From Marsupella aquatica (taxonomy: Eukaryota > Plantae > Marchantiophyta): 64,000 bases of DNA. Both the position numbers and the translations under genes were made by a program. The notes beneath the pieces are model-generated. The model searched no databases. It was not told the origin of the DNA and saw only the letters and a list, made by a program, of their open reading frames with translations. Of the stretch, positions 1-12,470 are shown piece by piece. Numbering within the stretch: position 1 is the stretch's first letter; each line of letters begins with the position of its first letter. The stretch lies in the NCBI GenBank assembly GCA_973895155.1, contig OZ316891.1:6999808-7063807 (forward strand), read 5' to 3'.

Positions 1-17
1 TTTTATTGTTATTGAAG

Positions 18-3000
18 ATCGACAGTGGATTGCAAGCAGTTCTAGTCAAGGTGAGTCCATGCAAAACTTTTATATCTGGATGAATATGTTTGAAGAAATT
101 CAAGAAACGCTCTACTTACATTTGGTTTTCATGATTGGAGCTGTCAATCATATCAGGGCATCATGCTTTTGAGACCGACTTCACTGAACCTGTCCTTGTC
201 ATTGGTTCGAGAAGGTTGCAGCGATGGGCTTGGACCCTCACAAGCATCTCGGGAAGGACCTTGCTGCTCTTCAGCCTTTATTTTTGAAGCTTAAAGAGTA
301 TGTCTATTTCCTTACCAGAAGATCCATCATCGTCTTCGCAATTGGGATTTCTTCTGTTCATGATTTGTCTAAAAACTTCTCAATCTGGGCGATCTTGTGC
401 GCGTGCATGCTCATTCTTAGGAAAGAGTTTCCAGATTCAACTCTCATAGAATTGATGCGGTCAATATTGATTACCTAGAGAAAGGTCTGTAGTCTTGATG
501 TAAAACATGATATTGATATTATTACATGTTAACCTTTTGCTTAGATTGCATTGTAGGACATAATATCAGAGCTGACTTGTTTGTGTGTGCAGCCTCTATG
601 GCTGCAATGTCTGTGGGGAGGGTGGAGAATATGAGAGTCTCACTTTGGACTGCCCTCTATTTAAGGTAATTGATATTAGGTTAAGAAGGGCTTCTTTCGA
701 GAGCATTTTTTGTTCTAAGGACTGTTAGTACTGCCTCATTTTTATAGACATGAAGTGGAAGCAGCCCATCGCATTAAGTTTGAACAAGCTAACTTGAACC
801 GACATTCGGTAGTTATGTTGGTTGCTTTATCACGCACATATCCAGGAGTTTCAAAGCGTACCAGATATGTGAAAACTTCGGAAACGGGTGGTCAGTGATG
901 TTGTTGCTAATGACTGCGGTTGGATGTTTACAGAACGCCAAAATCGTTCTGGATGAGTTTACTGTTCGACTGCACTCACCAGACACCATTGCTCCTGTCG
1001 GTGTTCTCCATCCAACAAAGTTTCATCTGGAGTACAAGTCACAGGAACCTGATCCTGGCTTGACACAAATGCCCTTCGAAGTAACAAATGACTTTTTAGC
1101 AAAGAATCATATACTTGAAACCCATGCAGCTGTATCACGAACAATGCCTTGTCAAGAGGCCTCTATGAAGTCTGAGCTTCTTACCAGCGTAAATAAGCAG
1201 AGACATGGTTTTGTGGCGATAAGCTGTTGGCAGAAAGGTGATCGTGCCTAGGAAGGTAAAGTTTGGAAGTCCTGTGATGCCTTATGCAGTTTCATGTACT
1301 TCAAGGTATTGAGCTGGACTGTTTGTGTATGTCGGGGGTCCTTTGGGAGCATGTTGATCTTGTCTAGCAAGTTCATGCAAAGCTATCTAATATTTGTATA
1401 CTATTCGTTGTCTTCCTTTCTTTGTCTTGCTAGCAGCGTGAAATTTGCAACAAGTCCGAGATTGTCGTCGAAACAATGATGATAACAGTCCTAAGGTTTA
1501 CCTCTGTTTTAAGCTTACCGGTTGTTTTCTGGATCGTAGAGTCGCAGTGTCAGCTGGATGATGTACTTGCTGAGATAGAAAAGCACCTGCAAATGGAGAA
1601 ACTGTGCTGGGCTGATGTCCTCTATGTACATTTGTATCTAAATGATATGAAGGAGTTCTCAAAAGCAAACGAGATATACGTACAGCATATTTCCGAGAAG
1701 GAGAGTGTCAGGGGTGTGCCATCAAGGTGTTGTGTAGAACTCCCTCTTGGACAGGCTGGGATGGGACAGGTCATGGTAGAAATTCTTGCTACAACAGATT
1801 CCAGAAAAAGGGTCGTACATGTTCAGAGCATCTCATCCTGGGCACCCTGTTGTATTGGACCATACAGCCAGGTGACAAATCAATGCCTATCCTGACGATA
1901 AAATAAATTCAGGTCAGTCTGCTCTGATAAGAAATTAGCAAAGTTGAGTTTGAATCTGATTCTCTGCAGGAGATTAAAAACCTATCTATGTGTGTCGTTT
2001 CTTGAGACATCCATTGAAAGAAAGTTCACGTTTCCCTACAAAACTTTGCACGTTGAAACTTAAGTTCGGGAAAAGATGATGTCCATTTTAATTAAATTTC
2101 AGACTAACCGCTCTCTTTTAAGTTGTTCTCATGTCTCAGGTCACTGCCACTTGTACTCGCTTCAGAGTCTGGACCCACTTTCTCGGCGTGAGAATTTGTC
2201 CCTCATCTATGAAATGTTGTTGCAGGCTACTCAACATCAACAATTAATGTACATGGCTGGGCAATTGGGGTTGGATCCTCCAACTATGAATTTAGTGCCA
2301 GGAGGTGCGACTTGTGAGATGACTCAGGCTCTAAACTGCAATGCTGTAGCAGAAGTGTTCACGCCAGCATTTTTGGATTCGGTTTTGAGCCTCACAGTGT
2401 ATTGCTCATCTGCTACTCGAGTGAAGGGGATGCAGGATGTGGAAAGAATCCTGGACAAGCATCTGGAAAATTGTTCGGAGGCAGGATCTCAAGGCCGGAT
2501 CTTGCCAAAGCCTCCAGTTCTTTACATCTTACTCCCAGCGCTGCCTAAAGGGTATTCTCAAGAAGATCTTGCTTTTTCTTCGGCTTTTGATTTTTCTAAC
2601 ACATAGCCGATTTTCACCTGATGAGTTGCAAACCTCATTGTTTAGAAGGTTCTCCCGGACTAATGCAGAATACTTTACTGCCTTCCAAAGGGATTCCCTA
2701 GCAATTAACCTGGAGTTGACAATAACAATTGGTCATATAATCATGGTGGTTACTTTCTCGGGTTCCATTCCTGTCCTGACTTTTATCGGTACTCTTTATT
2801 TTTGGATGCAGTGCCCTCGTGGAAGTAGCACCATTGACTTACATATCTAAATTATTAGATGGAACATATGACGAAATTTGTCCGGAGTCGTGGAAAGCAA
2901 TCACAGTGCACCAGAGTAAGGTTCTATCGTCTGGAGTTGAAGAGTTCTCTTTATCCGAAGGACTGATTCTACCGGGCACTCTTTGTAGAGCTTTCAGGTT

Positions 3001-3480
3001 TCTCTCATATCGAGCAGGCACGGCAGAAGGTGGCATTTCTTGGAGTTCTCTAAATGGGCATGCTGCTATTATGGAGGCCTTCGACTCAATGTCAGCTGTA
3101 CTTGGACAGGCTGATCTCAGCTGGGCTGATGTCTTTGTAAGTTCCACACGAAATCGAGCTTGCAAGTGTTAGAGAAAACCTGAAAACTACAACATCAGTG
3201 GGTAGCTTTTCCCAGGTTTGCATGCATTGGTGGTTGAGTACGCGGAATGCCTGGAATGTTGTTACTAATAGTGACCACGGTGCAGGTACTCCGGGTGTAC
3301 TTTGTTGTGGATAAGATAAGTGCTGATAGCTTGCGAGAAGCCCTTCTAGCAGTGGTGGGGGATTCCTTGTTCCAGAATGTCCCAGAACCGGCTCTCATCC
3401 CTGTTCTCGGTCTTGGAGACTCGGCAGAGCTGCAAGCTCTGATCGCTCTGGAGTTGACTGCTTCAGGAAGGCCTCGATGA
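18..3480 (+). CDS. DPH6: Diphthine--ammonia ligase (diphthamide synthetase) with C-terminal RidA/YjgF-like domains; 5' part lies before the window
   Basis: GT-AG exons 18-50, 215-297, 593-665, 934-1237, 1540-1871, 2226-2551, 2812-3136, 3286-3480 join in frame (1671 nt). Motifs: LVKVAAMGLDP, YGCNVCGEGGEYESLTLDCPLFK (Dph6 ATP-pyrophosphatase), VHVQSISSWAPCCIGPYSQA, YMAGQLGLDPPTM, LPKGALVEVAP (YjgF domains). Confidence 0.93.
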
Positions 3481-6139
3481 TACCTGATGATAAGATAGTC
3501 TCTTTTTCTCTACAACTTGGGGCAACAATTTTGACAGCGAGGTTTAGGCTAAAATTAAACGTCAGGGACGTTTTTTCATATATTGCACGGGGCATATGGT
3601 ATGGAAAGATGCTCTTGAAACGGGCCGTTGGGTCGATTTTCAGAAGTAGCGGAGTGCTCTAAGAGATGCTTGAAAGGGTCTTGTAATTGAGGCAGTTCTA
3701 CTTCAAAAGGAATCACAATTCTTTTGTTGGCTCAAAAAAGTCTGTAGAATCAATCAAAGGTTTTACTCGACCGTAGCTTTGTCATTCTTTCCGGAGACTC
3801 TCTGAGAAAGTATTCTTTCGTGAGAGGACATCTTTGCAACAAGATATAACTCATTGGAGATCAACGTCATATATTTTATCATCCTTTTCCTGTGATAGCA
3901 CCTTGCACCAGCTTTCGAAGACCTCTCCTTTGCTCTGATTTTGGAATTGTAGCCGTTGCTGCACTTCTCAACCTCCCTCAGCACAATTTTGCGGTTCTCT
4001 TTTCTACCGATCTTTTCCTTGTCATTGGTATCCATATCCTGTAACAGGAATTGAAGAGGCCAGAGTGTAATTTGTCTTTGCCAGAAAATGGTAAAGAGTT
4101 GCTTACAATGATCATGAATGACCCCATAATCTATGCTCAGGCTTGAATTATTCGTAATTATCTCGGACCTTCTCATGCGAAATTGCAACTGATAATTCTA
4201 GTCCTCACTTTCGCCTCTCTAATGTGCATTTAATGTGTTCCAATGGTTTCAGATGTATGCTGGAATTTGAATCACTTAACAAAGAAAGGTTGCCTGAGGT
4301 TCACTTGTCAATGTGAGTGATCAGAGAAGTAACTTCAAAGGAATGAAACAAATGAGCCAGAGAAACTCCCAAGAAACATGTAGTGTAGAGGTCATGTAGA
4401 GTGCTGGAAGATAGTGGATGGGTATGGTCAGAGAAGTAACAATAAAAGTCGACAACAACCTGAGTTTTTTTGAAGCAATGAAAGAGATTGCGAACATTTA
4501 ATGTATTGCATTCCTTTCAAATCGATGTTGGCCTTAAACCTAGTAAAGTGGCAATGTAGTTGATTTACGTATCAAACAAAAAGACGTTCCCGCTTTCAAA
4601 TTTTTTGTTCTTAAACCACCCCTAGCCATGACAAAACTTGGATCCACCTGTTCCCACCATGAAATGTACCATTTTCCTGAAATTGTGGAGAAGAATGAGT
4701 GGAATGTGAAAGAGGGAGAGGTCTTGGACACTTCCCCTTTTTATCTGGCTAGTGGGGGTTTAAGAGGTGGCAAATGCAGCCAAGGTTGGATGACCCTTTA
4801 TCACAGTCAGGGACAATTACTCTGGCAAATTGTAATCTTTAGCCTTTTCAAGATTATCATGGGAATCTGGAAAATACCCAAAGTTTTCATTGTGATCACT
4901 ATGCTTCCCATCTCAAAGACTAGTGAGCAAAGAATATGGTACTGCCAAATTAGCATTAGTAACACTAATTCAGGCAGGATCCAAAAGAGAGTCTTGTCAT
5001 GACCATATGTATTGTGTGGGTAGGATATAGTGTGCTAGCGGAAACCATACCTTATGTAGGGCCACAGTGTCTAGGTAGGGATGTGGTTTCATGCATAGGG
5101 TTGGAGTGGTGATCTGTTGAGGGTGACTCTTCTAGTAGGGCCCACCCTCAAGTTGGAGTGTATAGTGTGGAGTGAGCTCAAAGAACTATAGTTCTTTGAG
5201 TTGATGCTGTTGTATTGGGAGTTAGTCTTGGTAGTGAGTAGTGCTCCTTGGCTATGGTTCTCCTGTTAGCTTTGACCTAGATTCTCCCATTGTGAAGTGG
5301 GTTTGGCTCAACTATTTGTGATTCTATACGTGTTTATGGGTGAGAGATCAACGCGTGAAAGATCAACCCATCATCAACAAAGGAGGCAAAAATATGTTGC
5401 TCGAGCTTCATTTGATACCTTCCGCACCCTTGCTATTGAGATATTTGGGTGTCTTAATCATCAGCTTGATGGGCTTCTTCAACAGACTACTCGTGATATT
5501 CACGGACAGATGGGCCCCTCTGGACCCCAACTATCCATCTTAACCATGCACTTGTGTCAACACATTTCAGTGGCCTTACAACATGCCCAAGGTTGAGCAA
5601 TTTATTGTAGATCCCTCACAGTGGGTACTATTGTACCTCAGCAGATGCTAGCCCCCCTAGAGGACATGCTTATTGCACTTACTGATTTAGTTAGGACATT
5701 GGATGTCTACCATTAGCACTTGTCACATTTTCCAATGTGGACACTATTTAGTCCTTGGGTTCGCACTCATGTAGTTGACACTTTTCCTCCAATTTTTACT
5801 TTTTAGTGATTTCTTTTTACTTGTTTGTTGTCGTCTTTGGACCTCTCTTTCTTTCCTTTCATTGTACTTTGTTTTTTCCTGATTTATTAATTTGAGTCCA
5901 AAAGGAAAAACTTTGACAGTGAACCTTTTATATAGCCACCTTGTATATAGCCACTGGCGCTGTAAAACTACTGTAGTAAGGCGGAGATTTTTATTGGAAT
6001 CAACTTGTCTGGAACTGCAGTCCAAAGGAGTATCAACTGTCATACAATTATAGCAAGTTTGGTTCGAGTTTCTGTTGGAAGGTGAGGTGTTTAGAAACCC
6101 TCAAATTGAATTGCGCAGTTGCATAGCTGCATGGCACTG

Positions 6140-6395
6140 TGTCAGTATAATCCCCAGTCCTCCACAAAATCCTCCTGGAAGGGGAGCCAATGGAGGGACG
6201 TTGATCTCCTGTCCTCCACAAAAACCTCGAAGAAAAGGGAGCCAATGGAGGGGCTGATATGTGTCAAAATTAATTCCCAACTGGTACTCCACAAAATGCT
6301 CCCAAAAAGGGGAGCCAAATAGCCAATGGAGGGACGGTAATCTCAAGTCCTACCAAAAATCCCCTGACAAAGGGGAGACAATGGAGGGGCTGATA
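6140..6395. repeat. Degenerate ~55-80 bp tandem repeats
   Basis: Recurring (g)ccaatggaggg(a/g)c and cctccacaaaa motifs, about 4 copies. Confidence 0.6.
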
Positions 6396-6923
6396 TTATT
6401 ACGCCCAAAGCGCAACGAAAGCCTGCCATGCATTAGAAGATCCAAAACTACGTGTTACTCGGAGCCAATGGATGAGAATGTTTCTATTTGTGAGAACCGG
6501 TTTTGTAAGATACACTCGCCCCTTGGAATGTGCGAAATGCCAAGTAGTGTAAGCTCGTCTAAGAATAATCATTCGCTGCTGCCGATCAAAAGTACACTCC
6601 ACAGATTCCCAAAGAAAGACAAACCAAGCCCAGCCGACTGCCCAAAATCTAATGGACATCAATCCCCTCTCCAAAGTGAAGAAGGCTCACCACACGGTCG
6701 ATCCACTGCAATTAATGATGGCCGCTCTCATGCGAGTTGGGCTGAGCCTAGACACAGTACATAAGTGGCCGCATGGCCGCAGAGGATGTATCTACAGTGG
6801 CATGAGCAACTGAGCTTGTTAGACTCCTGTTGTTCTCACTCAGTCGTGTCTACAACTGAGCTTATTAGACTTCTGTTGCTCTCAATCAGCCGTGTCTATC
6901 AGTGTCTATCACAAGCTTGCAGA

Positions 6924-7676
6924 ATGGGGAGATTTCTGCTTGCAACACTGGTGCTGCTGAGCAGCTGGGCTGCCATTGCAAGTGCGGGAGAGTTGTGGCA
7001 GACTGAGACTTGGGCCAATGCTCATGCCACTTTCTATGGTGGAACGGATGCGTCCGGGACAATGGGAGGGGCCTGCGGATATGGAAACTTGTACTCGACT
7101 GGCTACGGAACTGACACTGCGGCTCTCAGCAACGCGCTTTTCAACAGCGGGCTCACCTGTGGAGCTTGCTTTGAGCTGCAATGCATTCAGTCCGAGTCGA
7201 GCTACTGCTACTCCGGCAAGAGCCTCGTAGTGACTGCCACCAACAACTGCCCGCAGGGTTCTTTCGGTGGCTGGTGTGACGCTCCCAAGGCACACTTCGA
7301 TCTGGCTTACCCAGCTTTCGCCCAGCTCGCTCAAGAGGTCGCTGGAGTCATTCCCGTCCAGTTCAAAAGGGTGGCTTGCGGCAAGACTGGAGGGGTCCGC
7401 TTCACCATGAATGGGAATGCGTGGTTCGATCTAGTGCTGGTTTCCAATGTGGCAGGAAAGGGAGATGTTTCGTCCGTGTCGGTCCAGGGCAGCGGCATGA
7501 GCCCGGTCTCCATGTCCCACAACTGGGGCCAGCTCTGGTCATGCGGCGCTAACCTCGTCGGCAAATCTCTCACATTCACGGTCGTGCTCGGCAGCGGCGA
7601 CTCCAAGACATTCACCAACGTTGCTGACAGTGGCTGGAGCTTTGGCTCAACCTACGAGGCCACCTCCAATTTCTAA
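6924..7676 (+). CDS. EXPA: Alpha-expansin, 250 aa, intronless CDS
   Basis: Signal peptide MGRFLLATLVLL..., AHATFYGG, GTMGGACGYGNLY, TAALSNALFN.G..CGACFEL, VTATNNCP, GGWC, HFDL motif, C-terminal MSHNWGQLW and WSFGSTY. Confidence 0.97.
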   Translation: MGRFLLATLVLLSSWAAIASAGELWQTETWANAHATFYGGTDASGTMGGACGYGNLYSTGYGTDTAALSNALFNSGLTCGACFELQCIQSESSYCYSGKSLVVTATNNCPQGSFGGWCDAPKAHFDLAYPAFAQLAQEVAGVIPVQFKRVACGKTGGVRFTMNGNAWFDLVLVSNVAGKGDVSSVSVQGSGMSPVSMSHNWGQLWSCGANLVGKSLTFTVVLGSGDSKTFTNVADSGWSFGSTYEATSNF

Positions 7677-8662
7677 TATCCCATCGTACCGCAATGCAAC
7701 ACGAGATGGTGTATCTGTCTGTCTAGCAGTCGCAGCAGCAGTAGCATTCAATCCAAGTTGCTGAATAGTAATTTTTACAAACAGCGTACCAAGTTTGGGC
7801 AGTAGGAACGAGGGTTGAGACAGTATGCTACGTAAACAATAGAGCTCACACGGACAGGAGAGGCGTGGATAGGCATTCTATCCCTTCAATTTATTTGCGC
7901 CCCCTGACTAGAGTTTTTCGCAGTAGTTTGATACTAGGAGCAAGAGTTACGTAGCTGAGGTGAGTGTTCAACTAGTTGGCGACCCGCTACCTTGCCAAAG
8001 TTTATTAGAGTCGAGATGTACTGTGTCAAGAAGAAGATATGAACGTAGACGATGGCACATGAGGTTCCTAGGAGACAACAAGCTTCGGCGGGCGTCAGAT
8101 GACTTTGTAACAATGATATCTATGTTATCCCTGGACTTGTAAGCCTTCCCGGCTGATCCTAAGTCCATAAATGAAATTGAGTCGTATTTTGTTTACCTGG
8201 CTTGTGCGTTTGGTTCCTTAGTTTCGATGATGGAAATATATGCTATGTTCTTGAGGATGAGTTTCGTGCAGAATATGCTCTCTCAAGTGGAAAGGAACTG
8301 CATTGGGAAGGTGACTTTTCGGTATGTACAATAACGACGATCTGAAACGTAGTACCGACGTTCAATTAATTTGGTGTTTCGGCCGTAAATCGAATCTGTC
8401 GCTTCTTGCTTCTTGCTTCTTCTGTGTTCGGAGACCAAATGTACATATGAAGGGTTTTCTTTTTTGGTCGATTCTGGCTACCAGGAGTGACCAGTGTACA
8501 GTGAACACCAGTATAGTCTATAGGTAGGTGTGGTTTAAAAAGCGGGCTTATATATACTAAGTGACAAAACCACAAGATCATCACCGAAAATGCTGTAGCG
8601 TAAATTCTCCCGTACCAAACGTCCATCCATTTTTCGGTGAAAGCAAGAGCTAGAGTACGTTC

Positions 8663-8846
8663 CATCCGTCACTTTTCGAAAAGAGCCGCGGAAGTCACAG
8701 GCGTTGCCATTCAATTTTCGCTTCGTAAAACTATGTGAGTTTCTCGGTGACAGTAATTGTATGTTTCATCCGTCACTTTGGAAAACAGTTGCAGAAGTCA
8801 CAGGCGTTGCAATTCAATCTTCTCTTCATCATAAAACTATGTGAGT
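8663..8846. repeat. Imperfect direct duplication (~104 bp period)
   Basis: catccgtcacttt...gaagtcacaggcgttgc.attcaat...aaaactatgtgagt occurs twice. Confidence 0.75.
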
Positions 8847-9881
8847 GTCTGCTTAGGTCCACGGAATTCTGGTTCGTGGCCCTGCAGGTAATTCAAGGAT
8901 TGCTAATAGAATTGTGTATCATTATTCTCCAGGAAATTCGGGCGTTAGGCCTATGTTCGTACTTCGTACTCCCCCGTATACCGTAATGTGAGCGGTGAGA
9001 AAGCTTGACCAAGGGTTGTTCCCCATAGCTAGTACTGTACGTAACGAATTTGCTGATTAGAATACTTTTGGATTGCCGTAGCCGAATGATCAGGATGTGG
9101 TAAACGGCAGGCGCAGTAGGAATAACTTGCTTGACCTCTTGCGCGGTGGACTTAGGACTCGGATTCCTAAAATGGTGGACGCGCCTGTATAGAAGTCAAA
9201 ATCTTTAACTGCAATGGGAGTTCTCTTGTTCGCCCGGACGCGTGAAATGCCATTCACACTGAAGTGCTATCTGATCAATTTACAACGGGACCCATTTCAG
9301 CTCGAATTCGTTCAGGACAAAGATAACGGATATTACGCCCTGAGATTTCTACAGTTGGACTCTCTCGAAGTCTTCTGGAAGAATGCCCCATATATACCGA
9401 GTTTTTCTCCTTGAACATCATGAGGGGATTCCTGAGCGTTAGGTTTGCAGTCCAAATTTGCTTTTGCCTTGAATGACTAAACTTCTCGTGCAATCGACAT
9501 TCATGAGGTCCAAATTATGGGTAGCCCACGAAGAGGTCGAACAGGCAGGGGTTTTGTGGCATGAGTCTTGACTCTGTTGGCTCTTCCGCCGTTGAAACGT
9601 GCTTGTATCTTTTATTGCATTTCGATCTGGTGGGCACCCTAGCTACATTTAGCTTAGTCTCCCTATTTTACTCTAAGCTTACTCTTTTCATTATATTCGT
9701 TCTTGCTGTATAAATTGGTTCATTGTAAGCTATTCTACTGTCACTACCTCGTCAGAATTCATGAGTGCTAGCTTTTCTTCTTGTCATTAAATAAGTACGT
9801 GAAAGGGATTTTGGGGTTAAAACATGTGCTAACCAAAGGTCCCCAGGGAATGTGTTGGATTCATAACTACATAAACTTGTA

Positions 9882-10386
9882 TCCTTGGTGTTCATTCTGA
9901 GCCAGTATCAAACTCTTTTTTTATAGTATGATTGATTATTTAATTTATGCATAAATAGAATTTGAACCTATCCAAACTTACAATATAAATCATCTTGAGT
10001 ATTACCAACTAAATTAGGCATACTACTAGGAAAAAATGAAAATAAGGGGCACAAAGCCTACCTTCAAATGTTGCTTGTCAACCAAGTAACCTGGTAAGTT
10101 TAGGATGAATATTTACATAAAAGGGTCTATCATTCAGGCCATCTTCCAAGGACCATGTAATAGGCGCTAGAAAGAGAAGGCAAAGTGGCAGACCTTCATT
10201 TGTATCGGACTTGCAGACACGTGTATCAAGTAAACACTCAAGTCAAGAGCTTTTAGTGCCTGCTGAAAAAGTTGGCCTTAGTGATGCAACGATGCCAAGT
10301 GTTGTATTGTGTAACACACAGTGAAAAAGGGGACTAAGGCCAACTTTTTAAGCAGGCACTAAAAGCTCTTGAATGAACACCAAGGA
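9882..10386. mobile_element. Putative MITE-like/foldback element with nested inverted repeats
   Basis: tccttggtgttcattc (9882-9897) is the reverse complement of 10371-10386; an internal 40-bp inverted pair 10243-10282 / 10333-10372 has 1 mismatch; AT-rich, non-coding. Confidence 0.55.
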
Positions 10387-10786
10387 ACAGCCGAACGTCA
10401 ATTGCCATAAATTTTGGAAGGCCCAAATATTGAGTCCCCCTATTAGTCATAGACTTGAAAAGCACATTTTAGGCTAAAAGTTGCCTGCCAAGTGAATTTT
10501 GTCTAGACAAAATTTTACTATCAGTCTGCTTCAGTTATGAAGGGGCTATTTGTTACCCATAATGCTCTGCTAGCAGCACCTTAATACACTTATTTAAGGC
10601 CTAAGAGATTTTTATTTTCTACTAATTTGAGTAAAAGTACTCAAGAATGCTCACAATGACCTGATCCAAACCTTGAGTGTGCATTATTCTCAGGCAGGGC
10701 ATGAAGTGGGTCTTCCTCTTTAAAATTTGATTTTCCTCCAAAGTTGTGTGTAAAATTTGAGTAAAGAGGTCCTTTTGGGGTCATCA

Positions 10787-11105
10787 TAATTGCACATCAA
10801 AATATGACATATATGATGTACCACATGTCTTTATACCATGATAAACCTTATTATTGGTACTTTCAAATCAAAATATGACATATACAATGTACTACATGTC
10901 ATAGTAAACTTCATTCTTTTCTTAAGTCAGTGAGTTGATAATTGCACATCAAAATATGACATATATATATACAATGTGCCACATGTGTTCTTACCATCAT
11001 AAAACCTCATTTCTTTCTTACACCTTATATTAAACACATTTCTTCTTACCATGATAAAGCTCATTAGTTTCTTACACCTTATATTAACACATTTTATGTA
11101 TTACC
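10787..11105. repeat. Degenerate AT-rich tandem repeats
   Basis: (ataattgcac)atcaaaatatgacatata x3 and ttcttacaccttatatta / ttaccatgataaa repeats. Confidence 0.65.
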
Positions 11106-11422
11106 ACATTCACATTTTGATGTGTGATCACAGCAGAGGGTACTTTTACCGCCTGATAATGTCTTGGGAAATCCATCGGAATGGTCTAGGAAGTTTCGTA
11201 TCAAGACCGCTTGGTCGCCTCTAGCGGAAGAACAGTCTGTTGACGCACCCACATGCAGTATCGTGAATCATCCCACCGATAATTATGATCTGCTTCGAGC
11301 ACCTCCACCGAATCACCCATTTACCCAAAGTACCTGCGACAGTTGCCATTCCTGTGCCAACTTTGAATACTTTGAGCCCAAGAAGTACACCCGCACTGAC
11401 ATCTCCCTCTCCTTGTTCACTG

Positions 11423-11660
11423 TATTGACTACTACTGTAGTCAAGTGAGTTCATCATTAGGATTGGATTCAAGTAGTAGACTTACAGACTAGGATTCTGC
11501 CAGCGGCAATGCGGCATTGACTACTGTAGTCAAGTACGCTGCTTATTAGTATTGGATTCAAGTAGTAGATTGGAATCCTGTCAAAGAAAATTGACCACTG
11601 TAGTCAAGTACGTTGCAGATTAGGATTATTTGGCTTCAAGTAGTAGATTTGGATTCTGTT
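11423..11660. repeat. Three degenerate ~75-90 bp tandem units
   Basis: actgtagtcaagt...ttgg(a/c)ttcaagtagtaga repeated three times. Confidence 0.7.
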
Positions 11661-12470
11661 AAAGGCGCTTTCTCAGGCGGAAGTAAGATTCGCTTGCTAT
11701 CGTGCTGGAGTCAATTGAGTACAGTACCCCTCGTCTGTTGAGAGGATTCCTTGGCCACCTTTTTGCATAGCAGTCAAACTTTCCACTGCATATTTATACA
11801 TTTGAGAGTTGATGCAATTGGAGTAGGATCTCTTCTTCTGGCCCTTCACACTCTGGACGTGCGAAAACGCTGTCTTGCTGAAGTTAGGTAGGGCCGTCTG
11901 ATCCACATTGCGAGCTTCATACAAGTATGTTTCAGTTCTCGATCAGGCCGACGGCGGATACGTAACGCTCTGAGTGACCTTTCTGCAGCTGGACTCTGGC
12001 TGGAACTCTTTGGGAAGGATTCACCATAACGAATTGTTTTACAGGTACATGAGGGATGCATGTGCGGTGGGTTGCAGGCCAAATTTGTTTTTGCCTTGAA
12101 TTAATGAGAATATAAGCACATCAAGGGAAAGAACTCTGGCCAAAGTAGTTTCAGAACGTCAGATCTGATGGGCATTGAACATTTACCTTACTTTCTCCAT
12201 TTTTCTCCAAGATAGCTCTTTCAATTCTAGATCCATTAATTCTGCCTCCTTTGCAAAACCAAATCTACAAGATCGTGGATTATGACCACCAAACCCTGTG
12301 GACAGAGAGGACCACTTCAGTATCACTAGTGATCCGTTCGTCTGACTGAGAGTGTCCTTGTTGTGTTGTCTGGGTGCTATATATGAAGATCGAACATCTC
12401 GTGCACCTGACACGGACATCATTCAGTCTGTTTGGTCTTGGGCAGCTGCTGCAGGCACCAAGTAAGCACG

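Noticed and set aside
3763-5600. Short ORFs downstream of DPH6
   Set aside because: No recognisable motifs; probably decayed repeat DNA.
6765-6923. N-terminal extension of the 303-aa expansin ORF
   Set aside because: Starts at GTG; the signal peptide begins at ATG 6924.
8990-9800. Possible retroelement remnant
   Set aside because: No RT, RNase H or endonuclease motif could be identified.
12383-12470. Upstream ATG joined by a frameshift to the membrane-protein ORF
   Set aside because: That ATG overlaps a TATA-like element and ATG 12471 gives a sensible N-terminus without an indel; not fully excluded.
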